DNA of 46,671 bases from a virus: the UHGV virus genome UHGV-0040636. The stretch is one strand, 5' to 3'. Of the stretch, positions 10,112 to 19,478 are shown in pieces. The position numbers and the translations under genes are program-made. How positions within the stretch are numbered: the stretch's first letter is position 1; every line of letters begins with the position of its first letter. Below the pieces are notes generated by a model. It worked only from the letters and a program-made list of their open reading frames with translations. It made no database searches and was not told the DNA's origin.

Positions 10112-10188
10112 AACAATATTCAGCGTCGTAGAGATATTGTGCTATGCGATAATAATATTTGTTCTGTGTATGCTGATAAGATAAAACC

Positions 10189-10215
10189 AAGCCCTCACTT
10201 AGAGGGCTTTTTGTT
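10189..10215. terminator. bidirectional rho-independent terminator
   Basis: GCCCTC-ACTTA-GAGGGC followed by TTTTTGTT. Overlaps the last codons of the head morphogenesis gene. Confidence 0.65.
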
Positions 10216-11151
10216 GGCTAATTGCCATGCCTCACGCTGTTTATCAAGTCGCTCCTGTGATGACTCAAGAATGACTGGCTTACCATCCATTAATAATGCT
10301 GGACTCTGAGAGCAGTGACAATTCCTGCGGTTCGCCACTTCGCTATAAAACGTGTCAATCTCCTCTGGCGTGTAAAACCGTCCGTGTCTCGCCGCGTGCG
10401 TCTGGCGAGTCGTGCTCATTAATGCTGATTGCCACAGCATCACCGTCTCAATGCCTAACTCTTCGCGCGCCTCAATGACCTCCCGCCTGTTTGCCTGACG
10501 CAGCGTTCCGGTGATTTCTGTCTGCGCCAACTGCTTCGCGTAACTATGTGACACGTCAACGCGCTTAACGATGTCAGACTCAACATCGCGAGGATTAGCA
10601 CCACGGGCAATACCTTCCATAATGACAGACGCCATTTGCTGCCGGGAATAATCACTCAATCCGCGCCAGTCTGAATATCCTTGTGTGTACGCCAGCTGGA
10701 GTCGATTCAGGTAAGGCTCACTGTAGAGTATCGCGGCAATCGGCCTCTGTTCGGCATAAACAGGAGACAGGCTTGATAGTTCTGAGTTAGCCTTCTGCGT
10801 TCCGGCCTGATAAGCATCACCGATGAACACGTTAGCCCACATCCTGCCGTGACCGAAATCATCACCTTCAAGCAGAATCTCGTCAATCAGTGCCTGTAAC
10901 TCATCCATGAATGTAGCGGCGCGCGCACTACTGAAATCGTAGAAATACAGACCGCTTGATTCTGCGTTAGCCTGACTGTTTGGAATAGTGCGAAACAACT
11001 CAAGCGAACGAGTCCTGAACTGTTTGTATTTGCGCGTTATCACCTTGTCCATCTTCGATAGGCGAGTCGCAGCGCCTAACGGGTCTGTCAGGCTATGCGA
11101 TATGCGCGGCTGTGGAAGTCTTGCATTAAACCGGAGTATCTTCATTTTCAT
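10195..11151 (-). CDS. head morphogenesis protein (Mu F / SPP1 gp7-like minor head protein)
   Basis: Lies directly downstream of the portal, as expected for this family, and is about the right size. The start is ambiguous: in-frame ATGs occur at 11184, 11151, 11145 and 11052, all inside or next to the portal 3' end. Confidence 0.55.
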   Translation of the reverse strand: MKMKILRFNARLPQPRISHSLTDPLGAATRLSKMDKVITRKYKQFRTRSLELFRTIPNSQANAESSGLYFYDFSSARAATFMDELQALIDEILLEGDDFGHGRMWANVFIGDAYQAGTQKANSELSSLSPVYAEQRPIAAILYSEPYLNRLQLAYTQGYSDWRGLSDYSRQQMASVIMEGIARGANPRDVESDIVKRVDVSHSYAKQLAQTEITGTLRQANRREVIEAREELGIETVMLWQSALMSTTRQTHAARHGRFYTPEEIDTFYSEVANRRNCHCSQSPALLMDGKPVILESSQERLDKQREAWQLANKKPSK

Positions 11152-12538
11152 CTTCCGGCGGCGTGTCTTCACGATAACTTTCATCAAGTTCAATCGGCTC
11201 CATGCCAACCATGCCGCGCGCTTCATCGACGGTCAGCAACGCAGATTGACCAGCATCAAAGAAAGACTTGTTCGCAGTGGCGAGTTTAGCCAGCAACTCC
11301 GCCTTATCCAGCTCTGATGGTGCCAGCAAGTCGTCCCACTTAACCTTGTAGCCATTTTCCGGGGCTTTATCGACAATGCCGAACTGAATCATGCGCTCAA
11401 CGAACATTGAAATGACATAATCAACCCATGTTTCGCGTCGTTGCTTGGCAGTCATCGCCTCCTGCATCTTGTCTTCATCGCTCGCAAGTCGTCCGGTTTG
11501 CTGACCAAAAATTACAGTGAAAGGAAGTGCCATAGATGCAGCGAACTGGTTGGCAGCCACTTCCCACGTGGGCTTCGGGTCCGCTGGAGTAACAGCAAGC
11601 ACCTTAGCATCCGCGCCCATCGTGAACATGGCGGCATCAATCCCGGAGTTCAGTGCCTCAATGTTCTCATTCATGATGTCGGTTAGCTCTTCGATATCGA
11701 CACCCATTGACTGCGCAAGGCTTGCTGGCGTTACGTTATCCTTCGTGTAGTTTACCGCCAGTTGACGACTGGCATTCTTCAGGAACCCTTCCGCTGAACT
11801 ACCGGAAACCTTAGCCATGTCGATAAGGCTATTGTAACCAGCGCGCAGCATTGGAATGCCACTGAACATGCTGCCGTCAAAACTTCCCTCAGCCAGAATG
11901 ATGATGCGGTCAGGATGAATCTGCACAGAACGCTCAGGCTTGCCGTTACTGTCGAAATCTTCCACAGCGCTTTCCTGATACTCGTACATCTCAGGCATTC
12001 CGTAGTCTTCGCTGGTTTCGTCGTTATTCCACGCGCTTACTCGTAGTTGCTCTTCCCATACAGGAATAAATCGAACAATGGATTTATCTTTAATGCGGCG
12101 TGTTTTGGTGATGTCTACCGGTTCGCTCCATTGCTTGCCGTCACGGATTTGCAGGATAACAGCGGAATAGCGGTTGATGGCGTTGCGCTTGTCGGCCTCT
12201 TTGATGAACGGGTATGCGCGCTTCATCATGCCGTTGATGGATAACTCCCACGGTGTTGAGTTCTTGTCGTCCTCACCATCTTCAACTACTTCTGGGTATT
12301 TCTGCCAGCATTTATTAATAATGCGGTTAATACCAGCGGCGGCAGCTGGATGTCGCTCATAGGCATAGCGGAACATCTCAGCAGTGATTTCCTGCGGGTA
12401 GCCCAGCTCCTTCCACATGAACTCACGCTTCTGGTCCAGATTCTTCCCGCCAGCGCAAAGCCGTTGCTGCTGAATTGCCCGGTTATTGTTCGCCACGCGG
12501 TCGCGTATATAGGCGTTTAGTGCATCAATTTTGGACAT
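11126..12538 (-). CDS. portal protein (DUF1073-type)
   Basis: 470 aa with an acidic C-terminus. Position between the terminase region and the head morphogenesis gene. Family assignment is from memory of DUF1073 portals. Confidence 0.65.
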   Translation of the reverse strand: MSKIDALNAYIRDRVANNNRAIQQQRLCAGGKNLDQKREFMWKELGYPQEITAEMFRYAYERHPAAAAGINRIINKCWQKYPEVVEDGEDDKNSTPWELSINGMMKRAYPFIKEADKRNAINRYSAVILQIRDGKQWSEPVDITKTRRIKDKSIVRFIPVWEEQLRVSAWNNDETSEDYGMPEMYEYQESAVEDFDSNGKPERSVQIHPDRIIILAEGSFDGSMFSGIPMLRAGYNSLIDMAKVSGSSAEGFLKNASRQLAVNYTKDNVTPASLAQSMGVDIEELTDIMNENIEALNSGIDAAMFTMGADAKVLAVTPADPKPTWEVAANQFAASMALPFTVIFGQQTGRLASDEDKMQEAMTAKQRRETWVDYVISMFVERMIQFGIVDKAPENGYKVKWDDLLAPSELDKAELLAKLATANKSFFDAGQSALLTVDEARGMVGMEPIELDESYREDTPPEDENEDTPV

Positions 12539-12586
12539 ATGTCACCAATAAAAAATCCCATCACGTTGGATGGGATTATAGCATGC

Positions 12587-12838
12587 TCACTTGTTGCGAT
12601 TTCGGTTTCTGTAGGCCGGATAGAATTTTGACAGAGGACACACCCAGAATTTCCACAGCATTTCTTCGTAGCTCGGTAGCGCCTCATGAAATCGCTTTCC
12701 AGAGGTATATCCATCAGGGTCTTCTTCATAGAAGAACTTTATAAACCCAATTCTCGCGTCAGCAACTGCGTTGTTCCTAACAAGCATATAAGCAATGAAC
12801 ACCATAACGATAAGACCAAAAATCATAACTGCCATCAT
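12587..12838 (-). CDS. small membrane protein (84 aa)
   Basis: ATGATG at 12838 with GAGGTGA RBS. One TM helix MMAVMIFGLIVMVFIAYMLV. Last gene of the accessory operon, directly upstream of the portal. Confidence 0.45.
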   Translation of the reverse strand: MMAVMIFGLIVMVFIAYMLVRNNAVADARIGFIKFFYEEDPDGYTSGKRFHEALPSYEEMLWKFWVCPLSKFYPAYRNRNRNK

Positions 12839-13029
12839 TTCACCTCGCTTACAACGCCAGACTTCATCCACTGATGAAACGCGTAACACTCAATTCTGTC
12901 ACCACTTACAACTTGATGGCATTTTGCATACAACTTAGCTCTATTGCTGCGCAACCCATGATTCGTCCATACATCTTCGACGCGCCTCCTGGCTGCAATA
13001 GAATACTCGTGAACCTCTTTTCTTGTCAT
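12835..13029 (-). CDS. hypothetical protein (64 aa)
   Basis: ATGA coupling downstream. GGTGGAG RBS. Confidence 0.4.
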   Translation of the reverse strand: MTRKEVHEYSIAARRRVEDVWTNHGLRSNRAKLYAKCHQVVSGDRIECYAFHQWMKSGVVSEVK

Positions 13030-13217
13030 TACTCCACCTTTTCGAATTTATCAATAATAACTTCACGCCCGTTACTTTCGTATTTTTCTACCGTGACTGA
13101 TTCAAAAAACCAGTCAAATGCTTCTTGAGGGCTAGAGGCAGCGGCAATTGCGCATACCTTAGTAACAACACTGCCACCATTAAGCACTTCAGCATGAATA
13201 AAATAAACGCTCATCAC
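13029..13217 (-). CDS. hypothetical protein (62 aa)
   Basis: Coupled ORF in the accessory operon. Confidence 0.4.
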   Translation of the reverse strand: MMSVYFIHAEVLNGGSVVTKVCAIAAASSPQEAFDWFFESVTVEKYESNGREVIIDKFEKVE

Positions 13218-13241
13218 TCAATCTCCCCACCATTAATGTCA

Positions 13242-13523
13242 TCACCGGCAAATCTTGACCACATAGTCAATCTTGTTTGCGTTGAAATAGACGTCTTTAA
13301 ATGCAGCCTCTACACTTTGATAAGTGCCGTTATTTCTGCGAACGCCCAACTTCTTGATAATAACCATTGATTCACCAGTCTCTGGCACAGCAATCCAATT
13401 GCTACCATCAATTTGCACATCACAGCCAAATACCAAGCGGTGACGGGCTTTACGATGAACATACAATCCACCAATGCGCTTTGGTATAATCTGACCTTTT
13501 TTAAATATCTCACTACTCATCAC
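13242..13523 (-). CDS. hypothetical protein (93 aa)
   Basis: ORF in the accessory operon. Basic N-terminus. Confidence 0.4.
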   Translation of the reverse strand: MMSSEIFKKGQIIPKRIGGLYVHRKARHRLVFGCDVQIDGSNWIAVPETGESMVIIKKLGVRRNNGTYQSVEAAFKDVYFNANKIDYVVKICR

Positions 13524-13524
13524 A

Positions 13525-13731
13525 TCACCCTCTCAAAAAATCATTCTTGCAGCAGATTCCTTTATATCCGCGCTTCTCTTGCAGGTTAACGAAAACATCA
13601 TCCAGAACGCGCAGCAGAAAATCCTCATCAATATCATACCGACGGCAAATCACCTCATCAGGCACACCAGCCCGTGCTAGTGAATAAACCTGTTCTTTTT
13701 CCTCATGTGTGAATCCTGCATAGCTGCGCAT
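13525..13731 (-). CDS. hypothetical HTH-like small protein (68 aa)
   Basis: EEKEQVYSLARAGVPDEVICRRYDID resembles a helix-turn-helix. First gene downstream of a sigma70-like promoter TTGACC-N17-TAGTAT (13762..13790, minus). Confidence 0.4.
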   Translation of the reverse strand: MRSYAGFTHEEKEQVYSLARAGVPDEVICRRYDIDEDFLLRVLDDVFVNLQEKRGYKGICCKNDFLRG

Positions 13732-13750
13732 AGTGATATCTCCGATAAAC

Positions 13751-13858
13751 CTGATGTAGATATACTATGCGCTCGGTGTAGATTGGTCAAGTGTGGTGAT
13801 GCGTATTTATCAACAACAATAATGAATGTTGACGTGGATTCGTTGTTGATGTAGATTG
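13751..13858 (+). promoter_or_regulatory. four tandem copies of the recurrent element upstream of the 13904 moron, overlapping a leftward sigma70-like promoter
   Basis: CTGATGTAGATAT (13751..13763), CGGTGTAGATTGG (13775..13787), TTGACGTGGATTC (13829..13841), TTGATGTAGATTG (13846..13858). TTGACG(13829)-N17-TAGATT(13852). The reverse strand reads TTGACC-N17-TAGTAT for the leftward operon. Confidence 0.55.
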
Positions 13859-13903
13859 CAATCATTGATGCAGCAATGGTGCTGCTGAAAAAAAGAGGGC
13901 TGG

Positions 13904-14488
13904 ATGATGGGATGCGATATTCATTTATACAAAGAGAAAATGATTGATGGGAAATGGGTTTCCGCTGACACATGGGTTAAGGAAGATGACTGGGATGGCT
14001 CAGAATACTTTGAGGTGCCTTGGAGCGAAAGATTCACTGATCGCAACTACAATCTCTTTGGTCTTTTGTGTGGCGGGGTTAGGTCTGAGCATCCTTACTC
14101 ATTCACCGAGCGTGGAATACCGTTTGATGTATGCACAGAGATTGCAGAAAATATTAATCGCTGGGGTTGTGATGGCCATTCTCATAGCTATCTTTATCTG
14201 CATGAGTTGAAATGCATGTTGGAATTTCTTGAAACTGTCACGGTGAATGTTTCAGGAATGAAAGATAAAGACCAACTGGAAGAGCTGCGTAAGTCAATCG
14301 CAAGCGGCAACCCTGACTGGAACCTATTATGGCCATACTGTGGATGGGCAAGCAGTGATAAATACGAAGAGTTCGACATTGATGTTCCAGCAAATGTAAT
14401 GCTTGGAGATGGCCTGAAAAAAATCATCTCTGGATTTGATGGCATTGATGGCGAAAATCATCGAATCGTGTTCTGGTTCGATAACTAA
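13904..14488 (+). CDS. stand-alone moron protein of unknown function (194 aa), Trp/Cys/His-rich
   Basis: Own promoter elements (x4), GAGGG RBS, own terminator. Opposite strand to the flanking structural genes. Motifs GCDIHLY, WGCDGHSHSYLYLHEL, WPYCGW; no family recognised. Confidence 0.6.
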   Translation: MMGCDIHLYKEKMIDGKWVSADTWVKEDDWDGSEYFEVPWSERFTDRNYNLFGLLCGGVRSEHPYSFTERGIPFDVCTEIAENINRWGCDGHSHSYLYLHELKCMLEFLETVTVNVSGMKDKDQLEELRKSIASGNPDWNLLWPYCGWASSDKYEEFDIDVPANVMLGDGLKKIISGFDGIDGENHRIVFWFDN

Positions 14489-14494
14489 AAGATA

Positions 14495-14520
14495 AAGCCC
14501 TCCAATGAGGGCTTTTCTTA
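14495..14520. terminator. bidirectional rho-independent terminator
   Basis: AAGCCCTC-CAAT-GAGGGCTT with T-rich flanks on both strands. Ends both the plus-strand moron and the leftward TerL transcript. Confidence 0.65.
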
Positions 14521-15942
14521 TCTCCTGCGACGGATTAGCATTCCGCTACCGCGCTGAACGATGTGGTCATTGAGTGCATAACGAACCGCATCCCAGAAGT
14601 GGTTGAATGCATCAACAATATCAGTCAGTACATTCCCTGTCAGCTTATCGACTTTGTAGCTGTACATCGCCGCTTCATTCTGCACTTCCTTGCATCGTTC
14701 GTGAATAATGATGCTGTCGCAGCCACGAAGCCACGTTACGCCATCCTCAACACTACCGGGCCATTTCGTGCATGGATGAATGTCAAATCCGGAGCGCTTG
14801 ATGTGGCTGATAGTTTCAGGGCGAGCGCAGTCTGCATACCATCGCGCACGCTTAGCCATCGGGAATGATTGCTCCATCGCCGCTGGCGTATCGGTAATCT
14901 CAAGTCCAACCTTACCATACTCGCGATAAATATAAATGTTGCGTCGCCCGCCCGGTAATTCTTCTATATAAACCTCAACCATTGCGGTTGGATCGGTGGA
15001 GAATCCGAAGTCCATCCCGAAATATGGGCCATGCCATTCAGGTTTGACTTCAAAGTTATCAATGCGCCACTTGCCACCAAATACCTGTTCGTCGCTGCGC
15101 TTGTTAAATTTCCCTTCCCATATCCACATGTAGCGGTCGAAGTCGACGCGCTTCATTTGCTCCATAGCGGATGGCAACGGCGTATCCCAGAACCACGGGT
15201 TATCTGAATAGTTACATTCGATAATCAGTATTTCATCATTTTCGAATATGCCGTCAACCATCTGTGAGTGATAGGGAGCAATCCAGTTTTTCCATGTTGG
15301 GTCTGTTTCCTTGTTTGGGTTAAATGAGCACCACAGCTCGGAATTGGCAGCGCGGATGGTAGGCACAAGAATATCCCAGCTTGTCTGGCTGACGTTCTCT
15401 GCTTCCTCTACCCAGCCAACAGTAATGCCAGCAAAACCCTTAACCGTAGTCTGGTTGCGATACAGCCCTTTGAAGCGGAATTTAGCTTTGGTCTTCTTGT
15501 GCGTTATTTCGTTGTTGATAACGCGAAACTCTGCCGATTCACCCTTGCGCGCTATTTCGTCGCACAATTCCTGATAGCTTGAATCCTCAATGGATTGCTG
15601 AATCTCACGAAAACAGGCAAAGCGGTCAGGTCGAAACCTTGCTCGCTCAGTAAGAATAGTGATAATCGTTCTTGTCTTCCCTGACCCACGGCCACCATAG
15701 ACAAACTTAAATCGTTTGGGGTAAAGCAGGCGCTCCAGCTTTGCCGGGATCAGGTGGTCTGCGTGGGTGGTTGCATTGGTTACGTCATCAACGCCAGTAG
15801 CGGTCATCCTTAACCGCTTAATGACGTTCTTCTGCATGTCGCAGATGCCGAAGATTGCAGACTCTGCCACATCTGTCATCGCATCATCAATCTGCGCTTC
15901 CAGCTTTTCTATTGCCAGTGCAGATAGGCGTTTACGAGCCAT
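14518..15942 (-). CDS. terminase large subunit
   Basis: 474 aa. Walker A YGGRGSGKT near the N-terminus, acidic nuclease-type C-terminal half. Sits between TerS and the portal region. Confidence 0.8.
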   Translation of the reverse strand: MARKRLSALAIEKLEAQIDDAMTDVAESAIFGICDMQKNVIKRLRMTATGVDDVTNATTHADHLIPAKLERLLYPKRFKFVYGGRGSGKTRTIITILTERARFRPDRFACFREIQQSIEDSSYQELCDEIARKGESAEFRVINNEITHKKTKAKFRFKGLYRNQTTVKGFAGITVGWVEEAENVSQTSWDILVPTIRAANSELWCSFNPNKETDPTWKNWIAPYHSQMVDGIFENDEILIIECNYSDNPWFWDTPLPSAMEQMKRVDFDRYMWIWEGKFNKRSDEQVFGGKWRIDNFEVKPEWHGPYFGMDFGFSTDPTAMVEVYIEELPGGRRNIYIYREYGKVGLEITDTPAAMEQSFPMAKRARWYADCARPETISHIKRSGFDIHPCTKWPGSVEDGVTWLRGCDSIIIHERCKEVQNEAAMYSYKVDKLTGNVLTDIVDAFNHFWDAVRYALNDHIVQRGSGMLIRRRR

Positions 15943-16075
15943 TGACTAGCTCCTGAAGGATAGCTACTACCTCTTCATCGCTCATTGATTCATCAAATAC
16001 AACGCCGCTCTCGCCACCACTACGCGGAATGATAACCTCGTCACATCTTTGTTTATAATAAACTGAATCATCCAT
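15935..16075 (-). CDS. possible small coupled ORF between TerS and TerL (46 aa)
   Basis: ATG 16075 overlaps the TerS 3' end and its stop overlaps the TerL start (AATGGCTCGTAA). Acidic. Low confidence. Confidence 0.2.
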
Positions 16076-16514
16076 TCTGCTGCTCCAGCAATTTCTCCAG
16101 TCGCTCAAGTCGCGCTGCGAGTTCTGTTAATTCTTTCACGTCAAGACCAACCTTAATCATAGACACAACCTGAGACGCAACATCAATTGGAAGTTCCCCA
16201 CTGGAGACAGATTGAATGACGTCCTCTATCTGCTCAACTGGAGTGGCATCCTTGCGGTATTTAAAATTAACCGGAGGTGCCATGCTTTTTTGCACTGGGC
16301 TGATGCGCAGGAATATTTCCCTCAGCATTTGCACACCCTGAGTCGGGTTTTCCTCAGTCATCCTGATTGATGTCCTGATGAATGCGTCAAGGAACTCCTC
16401 CTCCCCAAGCCCGCATCGCTTTAATGCTTCAATAAGCCTGTTTCTGTAGCTTAATCCTCTACCAGCAGGCTGGTATTCAGAGGAAAATTTCATGACAGGG
16501 TTTGGATTAGCCAT
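16068..16514 (-). CDS. terminase small subunit (putative)
   Basis: 148 aa, directly upstream of TerL, with a coiled-coil C-terminus. First gene after a strong leftward terminator at 16555..16588. Confidence 0.5.
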   Translation of the reverse strand: MANPNPVMKFSSEYQPAGRGLSYRNRLIEALKRCGLGEEEFLDAFIRTSIRMTEENPTQGVQMLREIFLRISPVQKSMAPPVNFKYRKDATPVEQIEDVIQSVSSGELPIDVASQVVSMIKVGLDVKELTELAARLERLEKLLEQQNG

Positions 16515-16554
16515 TCTGTTTTCGTCTTTTCGTATTTCGATATCGCTAGTTTAA

Positions 16555-16588
16555 CACAGATAAAAAAGAACCCGCACAAGGCGGGTTA
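16555..16588 (-). terminator. rho-independent terminator (minus strand) separating the early small-gene region from the packaging/late operon
   Basis: On the minus strand AACCCGCC-TTGT-GCGGGTT followed by CTTTTTTATCTG. Confidence 0.65.
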
Positions 16589-16635
16589 AAGGTTGGGTGA
16601 TGATATGAGTGAAGCAATGGTGTTATGTGCTTATT

Positions 16636-16806
16636 GTACACTATGATTATCACGCTTGCCAGCATAGCACCATGCGTTTTCATTTCGCGTCTGCACGTGA
16701 ACGATTTCAAGCGCATCAGGGAATGTTTTGGCAACCTTCGCGATGAAGTCATCCAGTTCATGCTGCTTTGCGAGGTGCCAGACTTTAGCTTTAGTGGTTT
16801 GCATTA
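16636..16806 (-). CDS. hypothetical small protein (57 aa)
   Basis: MQTTKAKVWHLAKQHELDDFIAKVAKTFPDALEIVHVQTRNENAWCYAGKRDNHSVQ. Below the ORF-track cutoff. Confidence 0.3.
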
Positions 16807-17052
16807 CAGAATCCTGTTTGCTTCATTGGAATTAACAATTCTCTGTATTAAGCCAATACTTCCATCGACCAGAATCGGCATTCCAACTTCAATGAAATTA
16901 AGGTTGTCAACTAAAACCGGTTTAAATCTGCACTTAATATAAACAAGCCACATAGTCATCCTCCAAACATAAAATCAAGAGCAATTGCATCATGTCCGCC
17001 AAATGATTCACACATAGGCATAGAGCAACTTGATTCATCAGTCACAATATTC

Positions 17053-17157
17053 ACAGGGTCTTCAGCTTAACGCCAATGTATCCGTTTATTACTGGAGGAA
17101 ACAGAATAAGAAACACATAAGCAGCAAAGGCGATAAGGCAGATATAGAATTTATTCA
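17053..17157 (-). CDS. tiny hydrophobic peptide (34 aa)
   Basis: MNKFYICLIAFAAYVFLILFPPVINGYIGVKLKTL. ATGA coupling to the upstream ORF. Confidence 0.3.
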
Positions 17158-17326
17158 TGATGCATAATCCCTCGTAGAGCACATGTATTTAATATCATGC
17201 ACGCCGTTATCTGGTACAACTTCAATGCGGTTGCTGAGCTGCACCATCATATAATGACAGGTCATCATTCCGTCCCAGTATCGTTTCCACATGAATTCCA
17301 TTGCGGCGTTGATGTCGTTAAACATA
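17156..17326 (-). CDS. small Cys/His/Met-rich protein (56 aa)
   Basis: GGAG RBS. Overlaps both neighbours. Confidence 0.3.
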
Positions 17327-17425
17327 ATGCACAACTCCTGCGATAGCCACTACCAGTGCCAGCACATAAACAGCAAGGAATATTTTAGCGCCAGTGGTGT
17401 ATCGGCGTCGTTGGTGTCTGGTCAT
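17318..17425 (-). CDS. tiny membrane peptide (35 aa)
   Basis: GGAGG RBS. MTRHQRRRYTTGAKIFLAVYVLALVVAIAGVVHYV (basic N-terminus plus one TM). Confidence 0.3.
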   Translation of the reverse strand: MTRHQRRRYTTGAKIFLAVYVLALVVAIAGVVHYV

Positions 17426-17488
17426 AGATATGCCTCCACTAAAGCGTGCGCCACATAGAGCGCACTGATAATTAATATGAACTGGTAG

Positions 17489-17791
17489 CTATTCACTTTT
17501 AGCCAGGCTTTCAAATTGCTGAGCCGTGGTGTCAAACTGTACCAGACTGACAACATCATCGAACATGACAAATTCGCCATCATGGTCTTCAGTCATATCA
17601 GCGCCACAATCCTGACCGCATGAGTCACAACCACTCATATCAAGTTCGTATCGCTTTAGTTTTGCGATATTTGATAAATTCAGCGCCAGTACAGCAAGGT
17701 CATAAACCTCTTCGGCGGTATAGCCTGCACCATGCCCGTACATTTCAATGCGCGATATGATTTCTTCTGCTCGTTGTTTTGTGATTGTCAT
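17489..17791 (-). CDS. hypothetical acidic protein (100 aa)
   Basis: Coupled ORF. CDSCGQDCG cysteine cluster. Confidence 0.45.
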   Translation of the reverse strand: MTITKQRAEEIISRIEMYGHGAGYTAEEVYDLAVLALNLSNIAKLKRYELDMSGCDSCGQDCGADMTEDHDGEFVMFDDVVSLVQFDTTAQQFESLAKSE

Positions 17792-18252
17792 TTTTGATCA
17801 ACTCCTTTGCGAAGCTGTTCAGCAATACTTACGCATATCTCTGCGCCTCTAATCAGCCCCGGGACGTTCTTGTTTGGCCCAACTTCACCATCGACAAAAT
17901 CAATCATCGCGTTACGAGCCATATCCACCCCCTGCGCCCGCACTTCAGCCAGGAAAGCATCGGTGGATGGGGTGTCTGATTGCATAGACTTTGCGCGATA
18001 GTCATTCCACCCTCTTGCATACATGGGATTAACTTGCACTCCATCTTTTACGCAATATGCCTGCCCTCCACGGTTGATAACCTTGATTTCATCCATAGCA
18101 CCAGACTTCAGCCCCGCATTCTCCGCAGCCAGAGAAGCGCATTTAGCTTCGAGTGCTGCGTAGTCTTCGTAGTCAACATAAGCACCATCTGTACACTCAT
18201 CCATAGACATCCCACCAAAAGCAGAAATGTCATAACGCTTAACTTCACTCAT
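17788..18252 (-). CDS. hypothetical protein (154 aa)
   Basis: ATGA coupling on both sides. Confidence 0.45.
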   Translation of the reverse strand: MSEVKRYDISAFGGMSMDECTDGAYVDYEDYAALEAKCASLAAENAGLKSGAMDEIKVINRGGQAYCVKDGVQVNPMYARGWNDYRAKSMQSDTPSTDAFLAEVRAQGVDMARNAMIDFVDGEVGPNKNVPGLIRGAEICVSIAEQLRKGVDQK

Positions 18253-18482
18253 ACCCTAACCCCCATAATTTCTTCGTAATAGCCATCTTCTTCAAACTCA
18301 ATCTTTGCTATTTTGAGCGCATCCTCATCAGTGATGTCAATAGCTTTGAATTTGCACTTTGCCAGCATGATGCGTCCGGAAATTATTAACCACTTATTCC
18401 ACCAGCGCACTCGCTTGATTGTCTTGATCGCATACATCTTGTTCTGAACAAACCAGAACTCGTATGTTTTTACTTTTGCCAT
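18249..18482 (-). CDS. hypothetical protein (77 aa)
   Basis: Coupled ORF. Trp-rich basic segment. Confidence 0.4.
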   Translation of the reverse strand: MAKVKTYEFWFVQNKMYAIKTIKRVRWWNKWLIISGRIMLAKCKFKAIDITDEDALKIAKIEFEEDGYYEEIMGVRV

Positions 18483-18515
18483 GTCATCACCATTAAAAAT
18501 AATAGCGCTGAATCG

Positions 18516-18701
18516 TTACCAGAAAACGACAATCAGCTCATCCATTACTCTTCGCTTTCCTTCACCATTAAACACGCGCACAACGCGATTTACGCGGATA
18601 GATTCCATTGCATGGCGTGCCTGCTTGCTCATAAAGTTTTGCGCGCCAACATGACCAAGTTCTAGTTCCAGTTTCTCGCGGCGATAGATAGTCTTTGCCA
18701 T
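18516..18701 (-). CDS. hypothetical protein (61 aa)
   Basis: ORF with RBS-like purine tract upstream. Confidence 0.35.
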   Translation of the reverse strand: MAKTIYRREKLELELGHVGAQNFMSKQARHAMESIRVNRVVRVFNGEGKRRVMDELIVVFW

Positions 18702-18704
18702 TTG

Positions 18705-18800
18705 TTACCCCTTATACCCTGATTTAGAAACTGCCACTGCGATAATGATGAATGCCACGATAACCATACTGGCGATAAGTTCGAATGCTGCGCCTGTCAT
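18705..18800 (-). CDS. tiny membrane peptide (about 31 aa)
   Basis: ATGA overlap with the stop of the 18797..18991 ORF. MTGAAFELIASMVIVAFIIIAVAVSKSGYKG. The 3' end is approximate. Confidence 0.25.
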   Translation of the reverse strand: MTGAAFELIASMVIVAFIIIAVAVSKSGYKG

Positions 18801-18991
18801 TTCTTCACCAACTCCCATTTAACTCCATGTGCGTCTTTTTCACTTGAAATAACCCCGATTACCTCATTTCCCCGGTCTCCGGTCAGAAATACTATACCGA
18901 GTTCAGGTAAGTAATCGTGGCAATCATATTCTTTACCAACCGTCACATAACTACATGACTCTTCTACATCGACGGCTTTCACTTTCATCAT
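18797..18991 (-). CDS. hypothetical protein (64 aa)
   Basis: ORF in the early leftward unit. Confidence 0.4.
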   Translation of the reverse strand: MMKVKAVDVEESCSYVTVGKEYDCHDYLPELGIVFLTGDRGNEVIGVISSEKDAHGVKWELVKK

Positions 18992-19019
18992 TTCTTTGAA
19001 TCCTTACATTTATCCCTAG

Positions 19020-19166
19020 TTATTTGCTTAATCCATACGCTGAGATTAATGCCTGCATTGCTGCGCTCCAGAATGCTTCGGCAGGAATGCTGTTGTTTGT
19101 GCGCTCAACTGCAATGCGTGCCATGGCCTGTGCATCTTCAAATTCTTCACGGTCTTTGATTTTCAT
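19020..19166 (-). CDS. hypothetical protein (48 aa)
   Basis: GAGGAA RBS, ATG 19166. MKIKDREEFEDAQAMARIAVERTNNSIPAEAFWSAAMQALISAYGLSK. Confidence 0.3.
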   Translation of the reverse strand: MKIKDREEFEDAQAMARIAVERTNNSIPAEAFWSAAMQALISAYGLSK

Positions 19167-19180
19167 CGCTGATTCCTCAT

Positions 19181-19396
19181 TTAGTTTTTTTGTTGCTGCG
19201 CTAATCCTAACTGCTCATTGGCTACTTCGGCAGCTGATACAAGGATTCCTGCAAGTTCGATTGCCTGTTCTGGTGTCATAAACATGAAGGCATGCTCAGT
19301 CTCCAGCTCGACACGGTTAAACCTGGCTGAAATGATGATGTCATCACCACTTTTGTTTTTCATTGATGCACTGAACTCAGCATTTTCATTACTCAT
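19181..19396 (-). CDS. hypothetical protein (71 aa), first gene of leftward early unit
   Basis: About 30 nt downstream of the minus-oriented tandem elements at 19427..19456 (TTGACG-N17-TAGATT). Confidence 0.45.
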   Translation of the reverse strand: MSNENAEFSASMKNKSGDDIIISARFNRVELETEHAFMFMTPEQAIELAGILVSAAEVANEQLGLAQQQKN

Positions 19397-19426
19397 CTCT
19401 TCACCCTCGTTTGTTTCGATGAGTTC

Positions 19427-19456
19427 AATCTACATCAGTTGTGATTCTACGTCAAC
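19427..19456 (-). promoter_or_regulatory. leftward promoter with two tandem copies of the recurrent element
   Basis: On the minus strand TTGACGTAGAAT-cacaa-CTGATGTAGATTG. The -35 TTGACG and -10 TAGATT are separated by 17 nt. Confidence 0.55.
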
Positions 19457-19478
19457 ATAAATGCGTTAAAAACGTGCT

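Noticed and set aside
10455-11317. ORFs 10455..10655(-), 10988..11317(+), 11095..11289(+)
   Set aside because: They overlap the head morphogenesis and portal coding frames. They are arginine- and cysteine-rich frames typical of out-of-frame translation.
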